Shown: positions 17,020 to 24,897 of the stretch, in pieces
Position numbering within the stretch: position 1 is the stretch's first letter
Layout: every line of letters begins with the position of its first letter
DNA from: Nostoc punctiforme PCC 73102
GTDB lineage: Bacteria > Cyanobacteriota > Cyanobacteriia > Cyanobacteriales > Nostocaceae
Assembly (NCBI RefSeq): GCF_000020025.1
Contig: NC_010633.1
Coordinates: 33,941-65,940, forward strand
Reading direction: 5' to 3'
Length of the DNA stretch: 32,000 nt
Translations under genes and position numbers: made by a program
Notes under the pieces: model-generated
The model's database searches: none
What the model was told of the DNA's origin: nothing
The model's input: only the letters and a program-made list of their open reading frames with translations

Positions 17020-19473
17020 CTAGAGAGAGATTCCTTTATCTTGTCTTCTTAATTGTTGTTCTGCTGATGATCTTATTTGTTGCAATACGCGCTCTGCCTC
17101 TTGCCAAAAAATTATATCTCCTGTTTCTACTGACCCCACATTAATCGGTGAATACTCAAGCTCACCTGACGAGTTTCGGTTGACTGCCACTCGAAAACTC
17201 TCACCTCGTTCATCATGGGTAAATACCAGTTCTCTACCCTGCTTCTCTAGAGTGGCACGTTTGAATCTAAGGCTATTTGAGCCAGTTTCTCTTAACTTCC
17301 AGTTGATTAATTCAACAGCAATAGGCACAGCCATCGCTAAAAATTCCGATTCAATACGCTGTTTTTCATCGAGTGACTGTTCTGGTTCTGACTTTTGAGT
17401 TGCCAGTTGATTGCTAGCGATAAGTACCAATTCTCTAGCTTCATCTTGTGTCCATCCGGCTGGACTGGCTTGGAGAATTTCTTCAACTTCACCGACTGGC
17501 TTATCATCTTTGAGCGCCCTCATTGCAATTTCTTTGTCTCGGTCAGTCACTAATAAGTTTTGCAATTCGGTGCTGTAATATTTGTATAATTCTGCTCTTT
17601 GTTCCTCTTTAAATTTTGGTTTATCTGTGGTTGGAATTTGAGCTTTATTAAGAGCGTTCGCATCCACTGTTCTTTGTTCACTGTGGAGTTGCTCTAAATA
17701 AACAATCACTGTTTCCAGTCCGTCGAATGTGGTTATTCCGGCTTGTAGCTGCTGCTGATACGCGGACAATTGCTCTGTTAATCCTAATACTGTTTGGGTT
17801 AAAGCAGACTCGATAGCTGATTGGTCAATATAATCAGAGATTGATAAAATGGCTCTTTTTTCTGCATGAGATTGCAACTCAGCCGTTAACGCTGTTTCAA
17901 AGTCATTGAATGCAATTTTTGAAGCTTTTAACTGCTGCCAATACCCGAACAGTTGTTCTTTTAATTGTGGTAACGCCTCAACCAAGGCTGATTCAACTAC
18001 TGACTGTTCAATAAAATCAGCAACTGCATCCACAGCTTTTTGTGATGAAAGTCGTTGCTCAAGTTCAGTAATCGCCACTAATAGATCGTCGAATGTAGTT
18101 TTATTATTAGCTAGCTGCTGGTGATATTGAGAGAGTTGTTCTGTTAATTCTGGTAAGGTTTCACTTGAGGTTGACTCAACTACTGACTGTTCAATAAAGT
18201 CAGCAATTGCATCCACTATTCTTTGTGATCTAAGTTGCTCTTCTTCAGCAATCGTCGCTAATAGCTCGTCGAATGCGGTTCTACCTGCTTCGCTCTGCTG
18301 CCGATATTGAGAGAGTTGTTCTGTTAATTGTGGCAACGTTTCAATCAAGGCTGACTCAACTACTGACTGTTCAATAAAGTCAGAGATTGAATTGATGAGT
18401 TGTGAGTTGGCTTGTTGTTCAGTATCTGATTGAGTTGGGGTTAGCTGGGATATAGTTTCGGCTAGAGTTGGAGTTTTAACAGGTAATATTTTCGTTACTA
18501 GTTGCTGATTAACTTGGTTATTAGCTACAGATTCTAAGAAATTATTTAACTGTTTAATTTCGCCATCGTCCCTTTTTGGGTCGTAACTTATCCCTAATTC
18601 GGTCTGGAGCTTCGTAAAGGAACACTTATATTTATTGAGATTACCTCCCTGTTTCCAGAGTAGACGAGGGCTACCATCTTCATTAACTGAGCCGACATCA
18701 ATGCCAAACTTGATGCCCCTTACCCCGCCGTGATCGTAATAACTGACGATAGCTTTAACTTGATGCTCTCTCCATAAATGCTCAATTAGCTGGGGCATTG
18801 TGGGTTTATTCACTGCAACTTGTTCAATCGCTCGGCGCATTATTTCTTCGCCTGGAAGTCCATCGTGTTCGACTCGTTCCAATTGATTACGAGTCATAGC
18901 TTTCTGCTTACTCTCCCAACTACTCTGTACTTGGGTTAGTTTAAATTCTCGCTCTAGTAGTCGGGCAGAGTGTTCCGAGTAAGCGTAATTATTCCAGGTA
19001 CGAATAGATTTGCCATCTAGGTTATTGACTCTAGATGCAACGATATGGGTGTGGTCGTGTTCTTTATCGGAGTGCCGCGCTATGAAGAAGTCATAAGCTG
19101 GTAGTTCTGTCTCAATAAATTCATCAACTAGCTGTTTTAGTTTGGTATCTGATATTCTTTTTTCTGGCTGTTTGACTTGGGATTCATCACCTTGAAGCCG
19201 TGATAGTACAATGACCGATGCCAAGTGACGTTGGGACAGATTAGCTAATACGTCATCATTTAGTGTTCTATCAGTCTGAGGTACACTAAGCATTAGGTGA
19301 TAACATGGGTCTTTAAGTTGGGGGTTAAGGTGGGCTGATAGGGTAAACTGCTCGACCAGTTCATTGGTACTTTTACCATACATATTCCCGCCAATAATCT
19401 TAGCTTTCTCTTTCTCTAAGACGTATTTGGTAGTACCACGAAATGATTTATTAGCTTTCACTTTGGTAATCAC
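17020..19473 (-). CDS. relaxase / mobilisation nuclease (MobA/VirD2-type, PF03432-like) with a repeat-containing C-terminal extension
   Basis: 817 aa with a GTG start 4 nt after the mobC stop. The N-terminus is MITKVKANKSFRGTTKYVL, and the histidine triad motif is ARHSDKEHDHTHIVASRVN. The relaxase domain covers about the first 300 aa. It is followed by four tandem ~60-aa repeats and an unrecognised C-terminal region. Confidence 0.9.
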   Translation of the reverse strand: MITKVKANKSFRGTTKYVLEKEKAKIIGGNMYGKSTNELVEQFTLSAHLNPQLKDPCYHLMLSVPQTDRTLNDDVLANLSQRHLASVIVLSRLQGDESQVKQPEKRISDTKLKQLVDEFIETELPAYDFFIARHSDKEHDHTHIVASRVNNLDGKSIRTWNNYAYSEHSARLLEREFKLTQVQSSWESKQKAMTRNQLERVEHDGLPGEEIMRRAIEQVAVNKPTMPQLIEHLWREHQVKAIVSYYDHGGVRGIKFGIDVGSVNEDGSPRLLWKQGGNLNKYKCSFTKLQTELGISYDPKRDDGEIKQLNNFLESVANNQVNQQLVTKILPVKTPTLAETISQLTPTQSDTEQQANSQLINSISDFIEQSVVESALIETLPQLTEQLSQYRQQSEAGRTAFDELLATIAEEEQLRSQRIVDAIADFIEQSVVESTSSETLPELTEQLSQYHQQLANNKTTFDDLLVAITELEQRLSSQKAVDAVADFIEQSVVESALVEALPQLKEQLFGYWQQLKASKIAFNDFETALTAELQSHAEKRAILSISDYIDQSAIESALTQTVLGLTEQLSAYQQQLQAGITTFDGLETVIVYLEQLHSEQRTVDANALNKAQIPTTDKPKFKEEQRAELYKYYSTELQNLLVTDRDKEIAMRALKDDKPVGEVEEILQASPAGWTQDEARELVLIASNQLATQKSEPEQSLDEKQRIESEFLAMAVPIAVELINWKLRETGSNSLRFKRATLEKQGRELVFTHDERGESFRVAVNRNSSGELEYSPINVGSVETGDIIFWQEAERVLQQIRSSAEQQLRRQDKGISL
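17665..18390 (-). repeat. four in-frame tandem repeats (177, 183, 186, 180 bp) inside the relaxase gene
   Basis: Unit boundaries in plus coordinates are 18390-18214, 18213-18031, 18030-17845 and 17844-17665. Each unit encodes (S/D)(I/A)(S/I/V)(D/A)(D)FIEQSVVES....LP.LTEQLS.Y.QQL......F..L......EQ. The DNA core GACTCAACTACTGACTGTTCAATAAAGTCAG recurs. Confidence 0.9.
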
Positions 19474-19477
19474 TACG

Positions 19478-19903
19478 CTACCCCTCTACCGTAGATTGAG
19501 TAAGTGATTGGCGAGTCTGTTCTAAAAGTTCTGTCAGTTCCTCAATAGTTATCAGATATGATTTCACCTCCACCGTCAACGGTTGGCTACCAATTTTCAC
19601 AGCTTCGTTAATAGCTCTGGTCTGCTGATTCAGGTTGTTACCAATCTTCTTTAACTCGTAGATAGCCTGTCTATTCACTTCGGGAATGACTAACTTAGGA
19701 TGTGGCAAAGGGTAATCAAATAATCTCGCTCTAATATAGTCACTTTGCACCACTCCACTGCAACGCTGTTCTAATCTAGCTTTCTCGGTAGAGCTTACCC
19801 TAAACGTGATGGTTATTTCTCGCTTCTCATCTGGTGCTACTGACCAATTACTTAATGTGTCAGCTAGTTGATTACTGAGATTGGTACGCGGGTCTGGCTG
19901 CAT
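19478..19903 (-). CDS. mobC: MobC-family relaxosome accessory protein
   Basis: 141 aa. The segment ITFRVSSTEKARLEQR is ribbon-helix-helix-like, and NRQAIYELKKIGNNLNQQTRAINE is the characteristic MobC motif (..L...G.NLNQ.A...N). It lies immediately upstream of the relaxase and is apparently co-transcribed with it. Confidence 0.85.
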   Translation of the reverse strand: MQPDPRTNLSNQLADTLSNWSVAPDEKREITITFRVSSTEKARLEQRCSGVVQSDYIRARLFDYPLPHPKLVIPEVNRQAIYELKKIGNNLNQQTRAINEAVKIGSQPLTVEVKSYLITIEELTELLEQTRQSLTQSTVEG

Positions 19904-19943
19904 AACTGGTTAGGAGTTCATTTATCTGCTTATTCATTTTTCA

Positions 19944-20125
19944 CCGGGTTATTCGCTGTAGCTGCTATGGCGCGGAGCGCCGAGCAGGTAGGCGAATAAC
20001 CCGGAACCTTTTCTCACTTATTAACCCCTTGAAAAGACTTGTTTAAAGGGGGTTTGGGGGACACCCCCAACAAGCAAACATGACGCTTTACCCGGAGGGT
20101 AAAGTAGCACGAAGTGCGTTACGGC
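19944..20125. promoter_or_regulatory. candidate oriT (hairpin cluster plus possible nic core) of the MobC/relaxase module
   Basis: Hairpin A spans 19944-20004: 13-bp arms CCGGGTTATTCGC/GCGAATAACCCGG enclosing inner pairs CTGCT/AGCAG and GGCGC-GGA-GCGCC. Hairpin B is TTGGGGG-ACA-CCCCCAA (~20053-20070). Hairpin C is CTTTACCC-GGA-GGGTAAAG (20086-20104), followed 7 nt later by AAGTGCG (20112-20118). The region lies between divergent operons and is locally GC-rich. Confidence 0.45.
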
Positions 20126-20454
20126 GTATTGCTTGCCTATGCCCCCACGACGGGCTAGGGTAAACCAGAACCAGGGGGCACAACCGGAGGCTGGGGGAGT
20201 ATGAGACTTTGGCGATCCACGAGTGGCTGTCTGCAATCACCTCGGTGTAAGCGAGGGCATGGTCTATTGGGCAATGCTGGCCATACTAGTGATACAAAGG
20301 ATGTTGATTCATGGGTAACTGCTTTTTTAGACTAGTCTACCTCACGAAGATACAAACCATTTTTTGTTGATATTCGTCACATCACGACAAGAAACTTAAA
20401 CTTTTTTTGACCACGAATTTTTTACAATGGAATAATTTATTACTAGTGCTGAAT

Positions 20455-20949
20455 ATGTCGCGCAAACCGAAAGCTGTCCCTCTATCAAAAATAGAAGATA
20501 TTCAAATCAGTCTCAAACAGAAAGCCGCGACACCTAAAACTATCAGCGTGTCAGATTTAGTTCTCAGTTTGGCTAAACCTATTCAAGATATGTTGGATGC
20601 TGGCTACTCCTATGAAGATGTTTCTGATGTGTTTAAAGGTCATGGGGTAGAACTGGCGGCCAGTGGTCTGAAGAGTTTTCATAAAAAGGCAACAACAATA
20701 AATGATAATAATTCAAGTAATGAATCATCATCTAAAGCGGTTGATGAATCAGTTAATTCTGACTCCGAACCAGAATTAACTGATTCATCAACCTCAAATA
20801 ATGACTTGGTTTTACCAGTAGAGCCAGATAGTTCACCACCTGATAGCAGTGAACCATCCGGCTCATCATCAACTAAAACTAGTAAACGAAAGAAAACAAC
20901 TCCTAATACTTCTTCCCAATTTAATATCACTGATAGGAGTGAATTATGA
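20455..20949 (+). CDS. hypothetical protein, first gene of the operon divergent from mobC (TraK-position protein)
   Basis: I prefer the ATG at 20455 (MSRKPKAVPL...) over the TTG at 20407. The protein is 164 aa: a basic, structured N-terminal ~85 aa, then an acidic Ser/Pro/Asn-rich, apparently disordered tail. Its stop overlaps the next start (ATGA at 20946-20949). Confidence 0.55.
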   Translation: MSRKPKAVPLSKIEDIQISLKQKAATPKTISVSDLVLSLAKPIQDMLDAGYSYEDVSDVFKGHGVELAASGLKSFHKKATTINDNNSSNESSSKAVDESVNSDSEPELTDSSTSNNDLVLPVEPDSSPPDSSEPSGSSSTKTSKRKKTTPNTSSQFNITDRSEL

Positions 20950-21767
20950 AACGTATCGTGATGATACTGGGGGGCAAGGGTGGTACAGGTAAGACTGCCT
21001 TTACTCGCTTGCTATTGGATGTAATGCACAATAAAAGCATTAATTATCTAGCTTATGACGCAGATACAGAGAATCCAGAACTGTACGAGTACTATCAAAA
21101 CTTTGGCTCAGGGGTAAGGCTGTTAAATTTCCTAGAAGTGGCAGAGGCGAAACGCTTCTTTACGGAAATCAAAGCCGAATCACCCGACTCAATAATAGTA
21201 GATATGCCGGGGGCATCAAGCAATAAAACTAGGGAGATTATCAGTAAGTTTGGGTTATTCAAGATTGCAGGGGATTTGGGTTATCGAGTAACGCTGGTGA
21301 CTGTGCTTAACCTTGGGTACTCGGTAATAACCAGCTTAAAAACTATGGCTGAGTTCTGTGGCGATAAAGCAGATTATGTGGTGGTAAAAAATCTCTGCTG
21401 GGATAAAGGTTCAGGTTTTCAGCGCTGGGAGAATAGTAAAACGTCTGCAGCTATAGCCGAACTAAAAGGCATAGAAATAGAAATGCCAGAGCTAGACTAC
21501 TCGACCTTTGACACGTTGACAGAAAAAGGTCTACCTTACTCGGCTGCGACTGAAGAGAATGGTTTTCCTTTTGGGGATTACCTACTAGTCAGTGGGTTTT
21601 TAGATCAGGCTAAACCAGAGCTTGAAAAAGCTGGGGCTTATCTGGGGTTACAACAACCATCAGTTATACCAGATGCTTTAGAGAAGGCTACAACATCAAA
21701 ACAGACAAAAGTTACTGCGTCTACTTCTCGTCGAGGTCAGAAGAAAACTAATGATCAACAACAATAA
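20946..21767 (+). CDS. ParA/MinD-superfamily P-loop ATPase, TraL/VirC1-like
   Basis: 273 aa. A deviant Walker A, MILGGKGGTGKTAF, starts at residue 6, followed by YDADTENPEL and VDMPGAS (Walker B-like). From memory, the N-terminal layout resembles RP4 TraL (MVLQGKGGVGKS...IDTDP.N). Confidence 0.8.
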   Translation: MKRIVMILGGKGGTGKTAFTRLLLDVMHNKSINYLAYDADTENPELYEYYQNFGSGVRLLNFLEVAEAKRFFTEIKAESPDSIIVDMPGASSNKTREIISKFGLFKIAGDLGYRVTLVTVLNLGYSVITSLKTMAEFCGDKADYVVVKNLCWDKGSGFQRWENSKTSAAIAELKGIEIEMPELDYSTFDTLTEKGLPYSAATEENGFPFGDYLLVSGFLDQAKPELEKAGAYLGLQQPSVIPDALEKATTSKQTKVTASTSRRGQKKTNDQQQ

Positions 21768-22494
21768 TGGCAACGGCAATCACAGCAATCCTCACTCTGA
21801 AACTGCCGATTCCGTAGAGAGCAGTGAACAGGGTGAGGTCAAGATAGCACTAGGCAGATTATATAGAGAGTTTGAAAATTTTAAGCAATCACAAAAAACT
21901 GAACGCGAAAGAGATAGGGCGGAGTTACAAGCATGGGCGCAAACGAATTTAATTCAGAATCAACTCCTCAGCAAAGCGATGGTGACAATCGAGATGCTAA
22001 CGGGGGAGTTGAAGAATCAGAATCTCTGCTCGAACGAGTCCGAGCAGAGCAACGAGAATTTGAGGCAAGAATTAACTCCCTTACTGACGCAGTTAAAGAA
22101 TATGCCCAAGTCCTCAGCGACATTAGAGAGCTTAGAGTTCAAAGGGCTGAAAAGCGAAGTATTGCAGTTGAGGCAGAACTGGGACTCACTGTTGATTCAC
22201 ACGAAGAACTTGACTACGGTTATTCAGGAGTTGAAGAATACCCCTCCCCCCAAACCCATCACCATAGAGAAAGAGGTTTATCGCGCTGAACCCATAAGTA
22301 AATATGGGACGATGGGGTTGTTTACTGCATTATTTACTTTGTTGATTTTCCTTGGATTCAATCAATTTATTCCGGTAAATATCTCGAACGATATCGACAT
22401 CTATTTGAGAGCAATTTTGCGGCGTACAGATTATAGTAATGCCAAGCTACAACGGGTAGAAAAGCGTTTGGGGACTGACCCAAATCGAAGATGA
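21751..22494 (+). CDS. coiled-coil protein with one C-terminal transmembrane helix
   Basis: 247 aa, with the start overlapping the ATPase gene by 17 nt. It has an Asn-rich N-terminus and long heptad-like segments. The hydrophobic helix is MGLFTALFTLLIFLGFNQFIPV, near residue 190-215. I recognise no domain. Confidence 0.5.
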   Translation: MINNNNGNGNHSNPHSETADSVESSEQGEVKIALGRLYREFENFKQSQKTERERDRAELQAWAQTNLIQNQLLSKAMVTIEMLTGELKNQNLCSNESEQSNENLRQELTPLLTQLKNMPKSSATLESLEFKGLKSEVLQLRQNWDSLLIHTKNLTTVIQELKNTPPPKPITIEKEVYRAEPISKYGTMGLFTALFTLLIFLGFNQFIPVNISNDIDIYLRAILRRTDYSNAKLQRVEKRLGTDPNRR

Positions 22495-22768
22495 AGGGCA
22501 ATATATAGCGATTGGGGCAAACAGGCTTAAGGTAATACTTGCCCCAATCATACAAATAATCAGAGATAAGAATCCACAAGTTTACCTTGAGTTGACCACT
22601 TCTCATCAAGAAGTCTACAAGCAACATAGACAACTTTTTGACTTCTTTACGCTTATGTTTTCCATTTATCCCCCAGCAACGGACAGTGAAATCACTTTGA
22701 TAACCTAAAACAAGTGCAAGCTCATCATAAGTTAACTGCCATTTTTTCTTAAATTCTATTGGGTGCAT
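22367..22768 (-). CDS. hypothetical protein with N-terminal HTH-like segment
   Basis: 133-aa ORF. Only the first ~45 aa (KKWQLTYDELALVLGYQSDFTVRCW) look like an XRE-type helix-turn-helix. The 3' 128 nt overlap the convergent 21751-22494 gene, and the C-terminal sequence looks unnatural, so the real product may differ. Confidence 0.35.
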   Translation of the reverse strand: MHPIEFKKKWQLTYDELALVLGYQSDFTVRCWGINGKHKRKEVKKLSMLLVDFLMRSGQLKVNLWILISDYLYDWGKYYLKPVCPNRYILPFIFDLGQSPNAFLPVVAWHYYNLYAAKLLSNRCRYRSRYLPE

Positions 22769-23076
22769 AAATTTAGATCCATTACTAGGATTCAGGCTTT
22801 TGATGTCTTGATGTCTTTGAACTAAGTGCTTTCTTAATGGCTTTTTGAGATTGCAGTAAGATTAAAAAACGGTAAAGCCTAACTTCTCACTACCGTTCAA
22901 TTGCTTGGATTCTATAAGTTGTGCAATCGCACACCTTAAATAGCGAACACTAGGTTTATCTTCGCCCCACTTCCGGCTATTTCTAATTGTTGCGGCTCGC
23001 AAACATAAACGCTCCGGCTTGCAAACAAGAAGATTGTTGGCTCAAATTAATTGCAAAAAGAAAAGGGCTTCGGCTT

Positions 23077-24893
23077 ACATTATGGTTCTTGGCAACTTTT
23101 GATACTGCTGGCGAAATATTGCTTAACAAATAAGTTGGCTCCATCAAGAGTTATTTAGGATCTAAAAAGCGATCGCTTGAGGTATGATTTGATGTCACTG
23201 AATCCACAACCGGGCTATACTGTACCAGCAGAAACGGCTAAAGTTGCCAAAGCTATTTTTACGAAGGGTAACCTCTGCATCACGATGGCAGATCGCCTTG
23301 ACTCCTTTGTGAGCGACCAAGATTTTAGTACATTGTTTTCTCACCAGGGACAACCTGGAGTATCACCGGTACGATTAGCTCTAGTCACAATCTTGCAGTA
23401 CATTGAAGGACTCACAGATCGTCAAGCTGCTGATGCTGTGCGAAGCCGAATTGATTGGAAGTACCTCCTGTGTTTAGAGCTAACAGATAAAGGGTTTGAC
23501 CACACTGTTTTGAGCGAATTTCGCACTCGCTTGATCGCTCAACAAGCTGAAAGTTTAGTGTTTGATCAACTCCTTAGCTGGTGTCAACAACAAGGCTGGC
23601 TGCAAGCAAGAGGTCGCCAACGGACAGACTCCACCCATGTTGTCGCAACTATTCGGGCAGTGACACGACTGGAGTGTGCTGGAGAAACGCTGCGGGCTGC
23701 ATTGAATGCGCTGGCTGTTGTTGCACCTGCTTGGTTGCAAGCTCAAAGCCAGCCTGAATGGATAGAACGTTATAGCGAGCGCATGGAAGACTATCATCTA
23801 CCGACTTCAAAAGCAGCGCGAGAGGAACAAGCTCATGTGTATGGCGAAGATGGAAAACAGCTGCTTGATGCAATCTTTGATGGTCATAGTCCAGAATGGT
23901 TACAACAGGTTCCAGCAGTCGAAACACTACGACGAGTATGGGTACAGCAATACTATGTATGTAATAACGAGATTTATTGGCGAACAGAGCAAGGAATACC
24001 ACCAGCTACATTAATGATTAGTTCACCCTATGATTTAGATGCTCATTATTCAAAAAAGAATACAACATCATGGGTAGGATACAAAGTTCATTTGAGTGAG
24101 ACTTGCGAACCTAATTCATTACATCTAATTACAAATGTTGAAACGACGGCGGCACCCATTGCTGATGGTGATGTAACTGAAGCAATCCATACTTCACTTG
24201 CTAACAAGGATTTGCTTCCCAGTAAGCATATCGTTGATACAGGATATCTAGATGCCGAATTGTTGGTAACCGCTCAACAAGAGCATCAAGTTCAATTGCT
24301 GGGACCGACCCGCTCAGACCTACGCTGGCAATCCAAAGCAGGTAATGGATTTGCAGCGAGCGATTTTAAAGTTGATTGGCAACAAGAAGTTGCCATTTGC
24401 CCCGAAGGAAAGACGAGTACATCTTGGACACCTGCAATCGATGGTCGAAACAATGAAGTAATTAAAATTAAGTTTGCACGAGCTGACTGCGCCAATTGCC
24501 CCAGCCTGCATCTGTGTACTCGTACCAAAGAAAAGCGACGGTTGGTTACACTTCGTCCAGAAGCACAGTACAAAGCATTGCAAGCTGCACGAAAACAAGC
24601 AATGACTGACGAGTATAAAGCAGACTATGCTCGACGGGCTGGAATTGAAGCTACTCTCTCTGAAAGCATTCGCGCTCATGGACTCCGCCATGCTCGATAT
24701 ATTGGATTAGCGAAAACTCATCTGCAACATTTGATGACAGCAACAGCAATTAACTTCAAGCGCATATTTCACTGGCTGTCCGGTATTCCACAAGCTACCA
24801 CGCGAACTTCGCAATTTGCAAAGCTTATGGCTCAGTCGGTAGGTTAAGCAATATTTCGCCAGCAGTATCAAAAGTTGCCAAGACCCAGAATGT
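23077..24893 (+). mobile_element. IS1182-family insertion sequence (~1.8 kb)
   Basis: There is a perfect 40-bp inverted repeat: CTTGGCAACTTTTGATACTGCTGGCGAAATATTGCTTAAC (23088-23127) with 24843-24882. It is extendable with 2 mismatches to ~51 bp (23077 / 24893). The element has a single transposase ORF whose stop codon lies inside the right repeat. I could not identify a clear target-site duplication. Confidence 0.85.
23192..24847 (+). CDS. IS1182-family DDE transposase
   Basis: I prefer the ATG at 23192 (MSLNPQPGYTVPAETAKVAKAIF), which is the usual N-terminus of this family. An InsH-type N-terminal domain is present (LALVTILQYIEGLTDRQAADAVRSRIDWKYLL). The C-terminal Cys cluster (CANCPSLHLC) and the tail YARRAGIEATLSE...GLRHARYIGLAKTHLQHLMTATAINFKRI are family hallmarks. 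Confidence 0.9.
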   Translation: MSLNPQPGYTVPAETAKVAKAIFTKGNLCITMADRLDSFVSDQDFSTLFSHQGQPGVSPVRLALVTILQYIEGLTDRQAADAVRSRIDWKYLLCLELTDKGFDHTVLSEFRTRLIAQQAESLVFDQLLSWCQQQGWLQARGRQRTDSTHVVATIRAVTRLECAGETLRAALNALAVVAPAWLQAQSQPEWIERYSERMEDYHLPTSKAAREEQAHVYGEDGKQLLDAIFDGHSPEWLQQVPAVETLRRVWVQQYYVCNNEIYWRTEQGIPPATLMISSPYDLDAHYSKKNTTSWVGYKVHLSETCEPNSLHLITNVETTAAPIADGDVTEAIHTSLANKDLLPSKHIVDTGYLDAELLVTAQQEHQVQLLGPTRSDLRWQSKAGNGFAASDFKVDWQQEVAICPEGKTSTSWTPAIDGRNNEVIKIKFARADCANCPSLHLCTRTKEKRRLVTLRPEAQYKALQAARKQAMTDEYKADYARRAGIEATLSESIRAHGLRHARYIGLAKTHLQHLMTATAINFKRIFHWLSGIPQATTRTSQFAKLMAQSVG

Positions 24894-24897
24894 GGTT

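Noticed and set aside
17665-18390. CRISPR-like regular repeats
   Set aside because: The period is ~180 bp, with the whole unit repeated and no unique spacers. The repeats are in frame inside the relaxase ORF, so they are protein-coding tandem repeats.
20021-20236. 71-aa minus-strand ORF in the mobC / ATPase-operon intergenic region
   Set aside because: It lies over the hairpin-rich, GC-rich candidate oriT. The peptide is Pro/Gly/Trp-rich and unlike a real protein, and the ORF has no sensible start context.
19904-20455. IncP-type nick consensus ATCCTG in the candidate oriT
   Set aside because: I did not find ATCCTG or its complement in this interval by eye. Only a MOBQ-like AAGTGCG word is present, so I make no IncP-type nick claim.
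21933-22289. 118-aa alternative-frame ORF inside 21751-22494
   Set aside because: It is the same strand but a different frame, wholly contained in the longer ORF. The longer ORF is translationally coupled to the ATPase gene and has a TM helix, and nothing supports the shorter frame.
22862-23041. 60-codon open frame on the minus strand (..RNSRKWGEDKPSVRYLRCAIAQLIESKQLNGSEKLGFTVF*)
   Set aside because: The sequence looks protein-like but has no ATG or GTG start, and the frame is closed ~35 bp from the IS boundary. I could not support it as a gene. It is mentioned only as a possible remnant.
23177-23191. TTG start for the IS1182 transposase as given by the ORF track
   Set aside because: The ATG at 23192 gives the family-typical N-terminus MSLNPQP... 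The five extra codons are unnecessary.
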